Assembly (NCBI GenBank): GCA_033763775.1
Contig: JANRJW010000008.1
Span: 7,256 to 71,255 of the forward strand
Source of the DNA: Alphaproteobacteria bacterium
GTDB taxonomy: Bacteria > Pseudomonadota > Alphaproteobacteria > Rickettsiales > SXRF01
DNA: 64,000 nucleotides
Direction: 5' to 3'
Below are positions 8,532-17,746 of the stretch, piece by piece (position 1 is the stretch's first letter; the number at the start of each line of letters is the position of its first letter). The notes beneath the pieces are model-generated. The model was not told the DNA's origin. It saw only the letters and a program-made list of their open reading frames with translations, and searched no databases. A program made the translations under genes and the position numbers.

Positions 8532-9280
8532 CGCATGGCCTGATGGTCGCTGATGTTTTCCACAAACGGCTGCACCCGAAAGAGCATGCTCTCAGCTACA
8601 AAGTCTATTATCTCTGCCTGCCAATGTCGCGGCTTGGCGAGGCCGCCGGAAGACTGCTTCGCATCAATCGCGGCGGGCTGATGAGCTTTCGCGCAAGCGA
8701 TTACGGCTTTGGTAACAAAGGCGAGGTCTGGGCGCGCAGTGTTCTGAAACAATATCAGCTGGCGGCGGCGGATGGCGAGCTGGTGCTGGTTACCATGCCG
8801 CGCATTCTGGGCTATGGCTTCAACCCGGTGAGTTTCTGGTTTTGCCTCGGTAAAGACGGTGCGCTGCGCGCCGTTATCTCGGAAGTCAACAACACGTTCG
8901 GCGAGCGCCATGCCTATATTTCCTATCACGACGACCAGCGCCCCATCACCAAAGACGATGTGCTGGAGAGCCGGAAAATTTTCCATGTATCCCCGTTTAT
9001 GAAGGTCGAAGGGCGCTATGAATTTCGCTTCAGCTACAGCGAAGAAAAAATCGGCGTGTGGATTGATTATTTTGATAACCAGCGGAAAATGCTCATTACT
9101 TCCGTCGTTGGCAAACGCACTGGTCTAGATGATAAAAGCCTGCTAATTTGTTTTTTCACCTACCCGCTGGTGACGCTGAAAGTGATCGCGATGATCCATC
9201 TGCATGCGCTGAGGCTTGTCATCAAGGGTATTAAATATCATATTAAACCTGAGCCACCGACCGAAGAGATCAGTCGATAA
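8522..9280 (+). CDS. DUF1365 family protein (UfaO-like candidate)
   Basis: Size and the N-terminal V..VFHKRLHPKEHALSYKVYYLCL pattern fit DUF1365. It sits between the oxidoreductase and the CFA-synthase-like gene. The start is uncertain (GTG at 8522 or ATG at 8543). Confidence 0.7.
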   Translation: MALAHGLMVADVFHKRLHPKEHALSYKVYYLCLPMSRLGEAAGRLLRINRGGLMSFRASDYGFGNKGEVWARSVLKQYQLAAADGELVLVTMPRILGYGFNPVSFWFCLGKDGALRAVISEVNNTFGERHAYISYHDDQRPITKDDVLESRKIFHVSPFMKVEGRYEFRFSYSEEKIGVWIDYFDNQRKMLITSVVGKRTGLDDKSLLICFFTYPLVTLKVIAMIHLHALRLVIKGIKYHIKPEPPTEEISR

Positions 9281-9282
9281 CT

Positions 9283-10449
9283 ATGATGAACCGTTTTTAC
9301 GAACGCCTGCTGTTTGACACGTTTGAGCGCGCGATTGAACGCGGCGATATCACCATCACCGCTCCCGGCGGTGCCACCAGAACGTTTAAGGGAAGTGTGC
9401 CCGGCGCCAAAGCAATCTGGCAGATTCATGATTGGCAGGTGGTCAAGGCGCTTGCCAGCCGCGGGGATATTGGCCTTGGCGAGACGTATACGCAGGGGCT
9501 ATGGGACAGCCCGGATTTGGATGCACTCTTTACTGTGTTTATCGACAATCTCAGCCGGCTGGATCGCTTTGCCAATGGCAGCGCGCTCAGCCGCGCCTGG
9601 CTTGCGCTGGTCAACAACGTGATACGCCGAAACAGCCTGCGCGGCAGCAGCCGTAATATCCGCGCGCATTACGATGTCGGTAATGAATTTTACAAGCTGT
9701 GGCTGGATCCGACGATGACCTATTCATCTGCCATCTATTCCGGCTCCGAAATGACGCTGCAGGACGCTCAGCGCGAAAAATACCAGCGCATCCTTTCCAA
9801 AATTGAGGAAGGCCGCAAACATATCCTTGAAATAGGCTGTGGCTGGGGCGGCTTTGCTGAAGAGGCCGCACGGCGCGGCCACCGCCTCACCGGCCTGACG
9901 CTTTCGCACCAGCAGTACGCCTATGCCAGCGAGCGGCTGAAACACCAGCCGGCCGATATTCGCCTGCAGGATTACCGCGAGACCGGCGGTATGTTTGACG
10001 CCATTGCCTCGATCGAGATGTTTGAGGCGGTGGGTAGCCGCTACTGGCCATCGTATTTTGATACGCTGAAATCGCGCATGGCGAAGGATGGTGTCGCCAT
10101 GGTGCAGACCATCACGGTGGGCGATGAGATTTTCGACGATTATGCCGCGCGCAGCGACTATATCCGCCATTATGTGTTTCCCGGCGGGCTGCTGCCATCG
10201 GTGGCGAGGTTCCGCGAAAGCGCCGAAAAAGCAGGCCTTGCGGTGAAAGAGGTGTTTGCCTTCGGGCAGGACTATGCGCGCACGCTGCGCGAATGGCTCG
10301 CGCGCTTTGATGCCAGCGAAACGGCTATCCGCGCACTTGGCTATGATAGCGCCTTTATTCGCAGCTGGCGGCTTTATCTTGCGATGTGCGCGGCGTCGTT
10401 TGCCTGTGAGCGCACCAACGTGGTGCAGGTGGAGCTGGTGCATGCGTAG
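9283..10449 (+). CDS. Cyclopropane-fatty-acyl-phospholipid synthase family SAM-dependent methyltransferase
   Basis: SAM motif ILEIGCGWGG, HYDVGNEFYKLWLD and the C-terminal RLYLAMCAASF are typical of the CFA synthase family. Confidence 0.85.
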   Translation: MMNRFYERLLFDTFERAIERGDITITAPGGATRTFKGSVPGAKAIWQIHDWQVVKALASRGDIGLGETYTQGLWDSPDLDALFTVFIDNLSRLDRFANGSALSRAWLALVNNVIRRNSLRGSSRNIRAHYDVGNEFYKLWLDPTMTYSSAIYSGSEMTLQDAQREKYQRILSKIEEGRKHILEIGCGWGGFAEEAARRGHRLTGLTLSHQQYAYASERLKHQPADIRLQDYRETGGMFDAIASIEMFEAVGSRYWPSYFDTLKSRMAKDGVAMVQTITVGDEIFDDYAARSDYIRHYVFPGGLLPSVARFRESAEKAGLAVKEVFAFGQDYARTLREWLARFDASETAIRALGYDSAFIRSWRLYLAMCAASFACERTNVVQVELVHA

Positions 10450-10954
10450 CCGCTCGCTGGTTGTTGCTCTCCTGATCTCTCTTGCGCCGCTCACCGCGCA
10501 GGCCAAGCCTGCGGAAATCAGCCCGGCCATCAAAGCCGAGGCTGCTTATGGCAAAGGCGCGCTCACAAGGCTGATTTTCCATGCCTATGACGCCGAGCTG
10601 TGGACGGACGCAACGCCATGGTCGTATGACGCGCCGTTTGCCCTCACCCTCACCTACCGCATGAATTTCACCAGTGAAGAGCTGGTGGAAAAAACCCTTG
10701 ACGAGCTTGCGCGCATCCATGGTGATAAAAGCCGCTACCGCGATGAGCTTTATCAGGCGTTCCCGGAGGTCAAAGAGGGCGACCGCATCACCGCGCTTTT
10801 CCTGCCGGAAAAGGGAGTGCGTTTTTACTATAACGGGCAGAAAACCTCGATGATCCCCTCGCCCGCTTTTGCCCGCAAGTTTTTTGATATCTGGCTGTCG
10901 GATCAAACCTCCGAGCCGCGCCTGCGCCGCAAGCTACTGGGGCTGAGCGCATGA
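10442..10954 (+). CDS. Chalcone-isomerase-like family protein, secreted
   Basis: Start MRSRSLVVALLISLAPLTAQA is a signal peptide and overlaps the upstream stop. The C-terminal FARKFFDIWLSDQTSEPRLRRKLLG resembles the bacterial CHI-like family. Confidence 0.6.
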   Translation: MRSRSLVVALLISLAPLTAQAKPAEISPAIKAEAAYGKGALTRLIFHAYDAELWTDATPWSYDAPFALTLTYRMNFTSEELVEKTLDELARIHGDKSRYRDELYQAFPEVKEGDRITALFLPEKGVRFYYNGQKTSMIPSPAFARKFFDIWLSDQTSEPRLRRKLLGLSA

Positions 10955-12219
10955 GCCAATTAGTCGCGCGCGCGCAGCTGCTGCGCTACGCGCTGCTGGG
11001 AGTGCCGCTTGGGTTTGTCGGGCTACCGCTTTATGTGCATTTGCCGAAATACTACGCGGATTTTCTGCCACTGTCGCTGGCGGCCATTGGCTTCGCGATG
11101 TTTATCACGCGGATTGTGGACTGCGTGGCCGATCCTTTCATCGGCGTGCTGTCGGATCGTCTGGCGGCGAAGCGCCGGCTACTCAGCGTCGCCGCGGCTT
11201 TGGTGATGGCGCTGGGCGTCATCGCGCTGTTCTTCCTGCCGAGCTACGCCACCAGCGAGAGCGCCATGGGGCTACTCATGCTGCTACTTTGCATCACCTA
11301 CCTTTCCTTCAGTCTTCTATCGGTGAATTTTTATGCGGGCGGGTTATCGCTTTCCACCGACCCACGCGAAACCACGCGCATCTCCGCCTGGCGCGAAGGC
11401 GCGATTATTCTGGGCGTGCTGGTGGCTTCTGCTTTGCCGCAAATACTCACAGAGGGACGCAGTAGCGAAGAAGCCTATCATCTCTTTGCGTGGATCGCGG
11501 CGGGGGTGATTATAGCCGCTTTGTTTACTCTTAAATCGCCATCATCCATTAAAACACCCCCACCCTACCCACCCCCGCAAGCAGGGGAGGTAAATTTTAG
11601 AACTGTCTGGGAAAATAAAACGCTGCGCTGGATTTTTGCGATTTTCTTTATCAACGCCATTCCGCCTTCCATCACTGCGACGCTGTTTTTATTTTTTGTC
11701 TCGGATGTGCTGGGCGCGCCGGACTCAAGCGGCGCGTTTCTTGGGCTTTATTTTTTAGCGGCGGTACTCGCCATGCCGCTATGGGTGAAGCTGGCCGCGC
11801 GCATCGGCAAGCGCCGCTCGCTGATTGGCTCGATGACGCTCGCCATCCTTTCCTTCATCTGGGCGTATGGGCTGGATAGCAGCAATAGCACCATGTTTTA
11901 TGCCATCTGCCTGCTTTCCGGCGCGGCGCTCGGCGGCGATCTGGCGGTGCTTCCCTCGCTGCTTTCAGACGCGCTGAAAGGCAAAGAACATCAAGGCGGG
12001 CTGGAGTTCGGCATCTGGAACTTCATCAGCAAATTCACCCTCGCCATGGCCGCCGGCATTGCGCTGCCGCTGCTTGCGGCGCTGGGCTATGAATCAGGCG
12101 CACGAAGCGAGGCAAGCCTTGGCGCACTCTCATTTGGCTACGCGCTGCTGCCCTGCCTCTTTAAACTCGGCGCGCTCGCACTACTTATACTAAGCCCCTT
12201 AGAGAGGAAAAACCCATGA
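10951..12219 (+). CDS. MFS (GPH-like) transporter
   Basis: About 12 hydrophobic segments. The D-rich motif after TM2 reads RIVDCVADPFIGVLSDR. Both ends have 4-nt overlaps with the neighbouring genes. Confidence 0.72.
   Translation: MSQLVARAQLLRYALLGVPLGFVGLPLYVHLPKYYADFLPLSLAAIGFAMFITRIVDCVADPFIGVLSDRLAAKRRLLSVAAALVMALGVIALFFLPSYATSESAMGLLMLLLCITYLSFSLLSVNFYAGGLSLSTDPRETTRISAWREGAIILGVLVASALPQILTEGRSSEEAYHLFAWIAAGVIIAALFTLKSPSSIKTPPPYPPPQAGEVNFRTVWENKTLRWIFAIFFINAIPPSITATLFLFFVSDVLGAPDSSGAFLGLYFLAAVLAMPLWVKLAARIGKRRSLIGSMTLAILSFIWAYGLDSSNSTMFYAICLLSGAALGGDLAVLPSLLSDALKGKEHQGGLEFGIWNFISKFTLAMAAGIALPLLAALGYESGARSEASLGALSFGYALLPCLFKLGALALLILSPLERKNP
11554..11592. repeat. Partial CTCCCCC/GGGAGG-family element inside the MFS central loop
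   Basis: ACACCCCCACCCTACCCACCCCCGCAAGCAGGGGAGG resembles the right arm of the elements at 20789-20905 and 27807-27913. It translates in frame as TPPPYPPPQAGE. Confidence 0.6.
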
Positions 12220-12746
12220 AAAAACTCTGCGCCCTTGCTGCCACCGCTGCCTTCATGCTTGGCGGCTGCAGCGCCACCACCACCGAAGATTATGCCAGCA
12301 AAACCCCCAAGCTCGATATCCGCCAATATCTCAATGGGCCGCTCGAAGCGCACGGTATTTTGTTTGATATCTCCGGCAAAGCTGACCTTGAATTTGTAGT
12401 CACGATGAAGGGCGCATGGAACGGCAATACCGGCACGCTGGATGAAGATTTTGTATTCAGCGACGGGCGCAAGGATAAGCGTGTCTGGACGGTGACATTC
12501 AAAGATGATCACAACTTCACCGCCACCGCGCATGATGTGATTGGCGAAGCTGTGGGCACGCAGCACGGCAATGCAGTGAATATGAAATACACGCTGCGAG
12601 TAAAGCGTTCAAATGGCGATATGATCGACCTTGCCATGGATGACTGGATGTATTTGCTGGATGACAAAACCCTGATCAACCGCACCAAGATGAAAAAATT
12701 TGGCTTCACGGTCGGTGAGCTGGTGATTACGTTCAGGAAACTCTAA
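12216..12746 (+). CDS. DUF3833 family lipoprotein (lipocalin-like)
   Basis: Lipobox MLGGCS, then the YLNGPLEAHGILFD...GTLDEDFVFSDG pattern seen in DUF3833 proteins of CFA-type clusters. Confidence 0.62.
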   Translation: MKKLCALAATAAFMLGGCSATTTEDYASKTPKLDIRQYLNGPLEAHGILFDISGKADLEFVVTMKGAWNGNTGTLDEDFVFSDGRKDKRVWTVTFKDDHNFTATAHDVIGEAVGTQHGNAVNMKYTLRVKRSNGDMIDLAMDDWMYLLDDKTLINRTKMKKFGFTVGELVITFRKL

Positions 12747-12747
12747 T

Positions 12748-12814
12748 ATCATCCCGAGCGAAGTCGAGGGATCTTGAAGATCCCTCCACGTGCTTCGCTT
12801 GGTCGGGATGACAT
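12748..12814. repeat. Short-form GTCATCC...GGGATGAC palindromic element
   Basis: TCATCCCGAGCGAAGTCGAGGGATCTTGAAGATCCCTCCACGTGCTTCGCTTGGTCGGGATGAC is a long imperfect hairpin that fills the gap between the DUF3833 and SDR genes. Confidence 0.85.
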
Positions 12815-12830
12815 CAATTAGTGAGGAACG

Positions 12831-13583
12831 ATGACTTTCTCAGGCAAGCATATCTGGCTGATCGGCGCGAGCGAGGGTATCGGCGAGGCGCTGGCGGCAA
12901 AGCTGGCGCTAGCGGGCGCGCATGTGTGTCTGTCAGCGCGGCAAGCTGATAAGCTGGAGGCGCTTAAAGGTTCCCTGCAAGGAACGAATCACCTCACTGC
13001 TGCGCTTGATGTCACCTCGATGGATAGCCTTAAGGCCGCATGGGAAAAGATTCATCAAAACTGGCCGCGCGTTGATACCGTGATTTATAATGCTGGAACT
13101 TACGTACCGATGGATGCGACGCAGTTTGATCTTGCGAAAGTGGAGCGCACGGTGGATGTGAATTTTTTAGGCGCACACCGTATGCTCTCGCTGGTGCTGC
13201 CTTATTTTATCCAGCAGCAAAAAGGCCATATCGCCCTGGTTGCGAGTGTGGCGGGTTATCGCGGCCTGCCCGCCGCGATGGGTTACGGCGCGAGCAAAGC
13301 CGCGCTGATTCACCTCGCTGAAAACCTGAAAGCAGATTTGAAGGACATGGTGAAGGTACAGGTGATTAACCCGGGCTTTGTCGCCACACGCCTTACGGCG
13401 AAAAACAATTTCCATATGCCGATGATGATCACGGCGCAGAAGGCAGCGGATTATATCTTTGCTGGGCTGCAGAGCAGCCGCTTCGAGATTCACTTCCCGC
13501 CTGCTTTTTCACTGCTGCTGAAAGCGCTCGCCCGCCTGCCCTACGGGGTTTATTTCTGGCTGCTGAAGCACATGAAATTTTAG
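12831..13583 (+). CDS. Short-chain dehydrogenase/reductase (SDR)
   Basis: Cofactor motif GASEGIGEA and catalytic YGASKAAL. GAGGAA Shine-Dalgarno lies upstream. Confidence 0.85.
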   Translation: MTFSGKHIWLIGASEGIGEALAAKLALAGAHVCLSARQADKLEALKGSLQGTNHLTAALDVTSMDSLKAAWEKIHQNWPRVDTVIYNAGTYVPMDATQFDLAKVERTVDVNFLGAHRMLSLVLPYFIQQQKGHIALVASVAGYRGLPAAMGYGASKAALIHLAENLKADLKDMVKVQVINPGFVATRLTAKNNFHMPMMITAQKAADYIFAGLQSSRFEIHFPPAFSLLLKALARLPYGVYFWLLKHMKF

Positions 13584-14968
13584 GCAGCCGCCGCCTTATT
13601 GCTCAAAGGCTCGAAATGTGCGGTGAAATGGCGCAGGAATGGCGCCTGCCAGGTGATGCGGTGCGGCATAATTCGGCTAGCGTTTTTCTTCACTTCCGCG
13701 AGCACCTCGATCACATAATCAAAATGGCTCTGGGTGTAGACGCGGCGCGGAAAGGCGAGGCGTACCAGCTCGCGCGGGCCGCTGATTTCGCTGCCGTCCT
13801 TGTGCTTGCCAAACATCACGCTGCCAAGCTCCACCGCGCGGATGCCGCCTTCGAGATAGAGCGCGTTGATGACGCCAATACCGGGATAATCGGTTGGCTT
13901 TAAGTGCGGGCAAAAACGCTGCGCATCGATAAACACCGCGTGGCCGCCCGGCGGACGCACGATGGGAATATCAAGCGCGATCAGCCGCTCAGCCATGTAT
14001 TGCACGGTGGCGTGGCGGTAGCGCTGGTAATCTTCTTCAAGCGCTTCCATCAGCCCCACAGCAATCACCTCGAGGTCACGTCCGGCAAGGCCGCCGTAAG
14101 TTGGAAAGCCTTCGGTGAGAATCAGCATGTTGCGAAAATCTTCCGCCCATTTGTCGTCATTGCAGGTGAAAAACCCTCCGATATTGGCAAGCCCGTCTTT
14201 TTTCGCGCTCATCGAGGAGGCATCGGCGTAGGAGAACATTTCCTGCGCAATCGCAAGCAAGCTTTTATTCTGATAGCCCGGCTCGTGCTGCTGGATGAAA
14301 TAGGCATTTTCGGCAAAGCGGCATGAGTCCAGCACCAGTGGGATGTTATGCTTTTTCAGCACGGCCTTCACGGCGCGAATATTTTCCATCGACACCGGCT
14401 GACCGCCGCCGGTGTTATTCGTGACCGTAATCATGCCGAAAGGAATCTTTTCACGGCCATGCCTCTCAATCACCGCTTCAAGCTTCTCAATATCCATATT
14501 GCCTTTGAACGGCTTGTCAGCGGCAAGATCCATGCCGGCATCGGTGAGCAGATCCAGCGCTTCGGCGCCCGCCACTTCGAGATTGGCGCGGGTGGTGTCA
14601 AAATGGCTGTTATTGGGAATCACATGGCCGGGCTTAATGCGCGTCTGGGCGAGGATGCGCTCGCCTGCCCTACCTTGATGGGTGGGAAAAATATGCTTCA
14701 TGCCGGTGATGTTTCGCACCGTCTGCTCGAAACGCTGCCATGATAGGCTTCCCGCGTAGCTTTCATCACCGAGCATCAGCGCCGCCCACTGCTTGGCCGA
14801 CATCGCGCCGGTGCCGCTATCGGTGAGCAGGTCGATGGTGATATCCTGCGCCTGAAGCAGAAACACGTTATGGTGCGCTGCAGCAAGGGCAGATTCGCGC
14901 TGGCTGCGGTCCGTAATTGGCACCGCCTCCGTCATTTTGATGCGAAATGGCTCGATAATCGTTTTCAT
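13580..14968 (-). CDS. Tryptophanase / tyrosine phenol-lyase family beta-eliminating lyase (PLP-dependent)
   Basis: EPFRIKM..., DLLTDSGTGAMS, PTHQGRAGE, the PLP-lysine region SMSAKKDGLANIGGF and C-terminal LRHFTA all align by eye with TnaA and TPL. Substrate preference cannot be decided. Confidence 0.85.
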   Translation of the reverse strand: MKTIIEPFRIKMTEAVPITDRSQRESALAAAHHNVFLLQAQDITIDLLTDSGTGAMSAKQWAALMLGDESYAGSLSWQRFEQTVRNITGMKHIFPTHQGRAGERILAQTRIKPGHVIPNNSHFDTTRANLEVAGAEALDLLTDAGMDLAADKPFKGNMDIEKLEAVIERHGREKIPFGMITVTNNTGGGQPVSMENIRAVKAVLKKHNIPLVLDSCRFAENAYFIQQHEPGYQNKSLLAIAQEMFSYADASSMSAKKDGLANIGGFFTCNDDKWAEDFRNMLILTEGFPTYGGLAGRDLEVIAVGLMEALEEDYQRYRHATVQYMAERLIALDIPIVRPPGGHAVFIDAQRFCPHLKPTDYPGIGVINALYLEGGIRAVELGSVMFGKHKDGSEISGPRELVRLAFPRRVYTQSHFDYVIEVLAEVKKNASRIMPHRITWQAPFLRHFTAHFEPLSNKAAAA

Positions 14969-15050
14969 AAAAGTCTCTGTTTTAAGCTTTTGTTCATCTA
15001 TAGCTATTAGCGTGTTTGCTTGGTTTTGATAAGTAAAAAAGGATGAAGCT

Positions 15051-16322
15051 ATGAGTAAAATTCCCGCTCCCGCGATGGTGTATATTGCCGGTGAGGAAAT
15101 GACGCGTGAAGTGATGAAGCGTGTGCTGGATGCGTGGGTTTCTCCTTACCTTGAAACAGCGAAATGGCAATGGTTTGATCTCTCCTGCAAAAGCCGGGAT
15201 ACGACCGGCGATAAGGTGCTGAAAGATGCCATTAACGCTGGCGCCGAGGTGGGCGCAATTTTCAAAGAACCGACGATTACGCCGACTGACGAGCAGATGC
15301 GCGAGATGGGGCTTTCCAAACCGCTCGGCAGCCCCAACGGTAAAATGCGCGCGGCGTGGAATGGCTATTCGATCGACCGTGATACCATCGTGGTGCCCGG
15401 GCTTGAAAATTTGATGGGTTATAAAAGGCCGGTGCTGTTCTGCCGCCATGCCGTGGGCGGGGAATATGGCGCAGGTCATGCCGTGGTTGGCCCCGGCACT
15501 CTCAAACTGCTCTATATTGCGAAAGACGGCACCGAACAGGTGATCGACACGCGCGAACTGATTGACCAGAAAAATGCCGCCGTGGTCTATCACAACCCGC
15601 TGGATAATGTGCCGCTGCTGGCGCACCATTTCTTCAGCCGAGCCTTAGCGGCGAAGGTGACGCCCTATATCGTTACCAAAAAAACGGTGTTCAAATGGCA
15701 GGAGCCGTTCTGGAAGCCGATGAAGGAAATTTTCGAACGCGATTACAAAGCGAAATTTGCGGAGGCCGGCCTGCTCGACAAAACCGGCGGCGAGCTGCGC
15801 CATCTGCTCTCGGATGATGCGGTGATGAAAATGGCGCAGTGGCGCGATGGCGGCTTTGCCATGACCGCGCACAACTATGACGGCGACGTGCTGACCGATT
15901 TAGAGGCGCAGATTTATAAATCACCGGGGTTCATTTCGTCGGTGCTGACCGGCGTGAAAGCCAGCGGCCAGAAAATCATGGAATTTGAGGCCTCACACGG
16001 CACCATCGCCGACCAGTATCACAAATTTTTAAAAGGCGAGGAAACCTCGGTCAACCCACTCGGCATGGTCTATGCGCTGCGCGGCGCGATTGACCATTCG
16101 GCGACACTCGCGCTGGAAAACAAGCAGATCGACAGCAGCTCAGCCGAACGCATCAAAACCTTCACCAGCCTGATGTATAGCGCCATGTGCGAAGCGATGG
16201 CCGAAGGCAAAGGCACGCGTGATTTATCCGGCGCAAGCGGGCTTACCACCGAAGGCTTCATCACCGAAGTGGCTGGCAGGCTGAAAAGCAAAGTCGCCAA
16301 AGATTTAAAGATTGCTGCGTAG
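15051..16322 (+). CDS. icd: NADP-dependent isocitrate dehydrogenase, eukaryote-like (type II) family, divergent
   Basis: GEEMTR near the N-terminus, TITP...SPNG, NYDGDVLTD and EASHGT motifs are present. The region after SPNG is more diverged than usual. Confidence 0.78.
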   Translation: MSKIPAPAMVYIAGEEMTREVMKRVLDAWVSPYLETAKWQWFDLSCKSRDTTGDKVLKDAINAGAEVGAIFKEPTITPTDEQMREMGLSKPLGSPNGKMRAAWNGYSIDRDTIVVPGLENLMGYKRPVLFCRHAVGGEYGAGHAVVGPGTLKLLYIAKDGTEQVIDTRELIDQKNAAVVYHNPLDNVPLLAHHFFSRALAAKVTPYIVTKKTVFKWQEPFWKPMKEIFERDYKAKFAEAGLLDKTGGELRHLLSDDAVMKMAQWRDGGFAMTAHNYDGDVLTDLEAQIYKSPGFISSVLTGVKASGQKIMEFEASHGTIADQYHKFLKGEETSVNPLGMVYALRGAIDHSATLALENKQIDSSSAERIKTFTSLMYSAMCEAMAEGKGTRDLSGASGLTTEGFITEVAGRLKSKVAKDLKIAA

Positions 16323-16329
16323 CATTCAA

Positions 16330-16429
16330 TCTCCTTCTCCCCTCCGGGGAGAAGGCCGGGATGAGGGGGCAAAGCCTTACCGCTAATCACTACCCCCTCA
16401 CCCTCCCCTCTCCCCAGAGGGGAGAGGGT
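16330..16429. repeat. CTCCCC/GGGAGAGG-family composite element
   Basis: Hairpins CCTTCTCCCCTCCGGGGAGAAGG and CCCTCTCCCCAGAGGGGAGAGGG flank TGAGGGGG...CCCCCTCA. It lies upstream of the second MFP gene. Confidence 0.8.
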
Positions 16430-16480
16430 TTTTTTTGGTTCCAGCTTGTCCAAACCCGCCAGTCTGATAGAGTGCTGGCC

Positions 16481-17611
16481 ATGGTTTCTAAGCGTTTGAT
16501 TCTTGGTCTGGTGGTGGTCGCTGGCAGCGCCTACGGCGCTTACAGCTATTTCCTTTCCGGCGGCGAGAGCAGCAAACAGCCGCCGCGCAGCGCGAGTGTC
16601 ACGGTTGCGGCCGCCAGCCGGCAGGATGTTCCCCTTCAGCTATCGCTGGTGGGCACGGCGGAAGCCTTTGAAACGGTCGCGGTCAAATCGCGGCTGGATT
16701 CCCAAATTACCGAGGTGGCGTTCAAGGATGGCGATTTGGTGAAGGAAGGCCAGTTGCTATTTACGCTGGATGACCGCGCGCTGGCCGCGCAGGCGCGCGA
16801 GCTGGAAGCAGAGCTTATGCAGGGCAAGGCGCAGCTGACCAACGCCCGCCTGCAATATGAACGGGCGCAGGAGCTTTTTAAAACCAACACCGTGGCACAG
16901 GCGCGGGTGGATGATACAAAGGCGGCGTTTGAAGCGCAGCAGGCGCAGGTAGCGGCAACTGCGGCCAGCCTCGAAAACGTTCGGGTCATGCTGGGCTATA
17001 GCCGCATCACCGCTCCCATCTCCGGACGCGCCGGCAGCATCCATGCCACACGCGGCAACAATGTGAAGGCCAACGATGTGGCGGCGCTGGTGGTCATTAA
17101 TCAGGTGCAGCCGCTGCGTGTGCAGGTGGCGATCCCGCAGCGCCACGTGGGCGAGGTGCGCCGCGCCATGGCCGCAGGTCAGGTTGCCGCCACCGCCACC
17201 CATGACGGCGCCGATACCCTGTCACACGGGGTACTCGATTATCTTGATAATGCCGTGGATGTCACGAGTGGCACGCTTGCTGCGCATGTACGCTTTGCCA
17301 ATGAAGACGAAGCGCTGTGGCCGGGCATGTTCCTGCGCCTCACCCTCACGCTTGGCACCGAGCAGGCAGCACTCACCATTCCTGCCGCAGCGATTCAGGG
17401 CGATGAAGGGGCGCGGTTTGTGTTTGTGGTGGATGAGGCTGGCAAAGCGAAGCGCACCAGTGTCACCGTTTCCAGAATCATGGCGGATGTCGCGGTGATT
17501 GAAAGCGGGCTGGAAGAAGGTGCCCGCGTCATCACCGATGGGCTGCTGCGGGTGAGTGATGGCAGTCAGGTGGAAATTAAGAATTCGTCATCCCGTGGAG
17601 CGGAGCAGTAG
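16481..17611 (+). CDS. RND efflux periplasmic adaptor (membrane fusion protein)
   Basis: Start taken at MVSKRLILGLVVVAGSAYG, because the ORF-track N-terminus reads through a repeat. Typical MFP hairpin and barrel regions are present. The last 8 codons and the stop lie in a repeat element. Confidence 0.85.
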   Translation: MVSKRLILGLVVVAGSAYGAYSYFLSGGESSKQPPRSASVTVAAASRQDVPLQLSLVGTAEAFETVAVKSRLDSQITEVAFKDGDLVKEGQLLFTLDDRALAAQARELEAELMQGKAQLTNARLQYERAQELFKTNTVAQARVDDTKAAFEAQQAQVAATAASLENVRVMLGYSRITAPISGRAGSIHATRGNNVKANDVAALVVINQVQPLRVQVAIPQRHVGEVRRAMAAGQVAATATHDGADTLSHGVLDYLDNAVDVTSGTLAAHVRFANEDEALWPGMFLRLTLTLGTEQAALTIPAAAIQGDEGARFVFVVDEAGKAKRTSVTVSRIMADVAVIESGLEEGARVITDGLLRVSDGSQVEIKNSSSRGAEQ

Positions 17612-17735
17612 CGCAGCGAGCACGGGATCCACGCTAAAAATGTCAGTAGACATTTTTAGACGCAAAAAGTCTTCTGACTTTTTGCTATACTGGATCCCGG
17701 ATAAATTTTGCTGCTGCAAAATTTTCCGGGATGAC
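17587..17735. repeat. Long-form GTCATCC...GGGATGAC multi-hairpin element (4 hairpins)
   Basis: GTCATCCCGTG...CACGGGATCC, then AAAAATGTCagtaGACATTTTT, then GCAAAAAGTCttctGACTTTTTGC, then GGATCCCGGATAAATTTTGCtgctGCAAAATTTTCCGGGATGAC. Near-identical modules recur at 46157-46302. Confidence 0.9.
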
Positions 17736-17746
17736 AAAAGGAAATT

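Noticed and set aside
16361-16480. N-terminal extensions in the ORF track that read through repeat elements or antisense DNA. Examples are 16361 for MFP2, 27878 for hisB, 33078 for holC, 30870 for pepA, 47649 for nrdJ, 55893 for aroK and 62651 for the M48 peptidase.
   Set aside because: The extensions translate repeat sequence or neighbouring genes. Internal ATGs coincide with the conserved protein N-termini and, in most cases, with a Shine-Dalgarno sequence.
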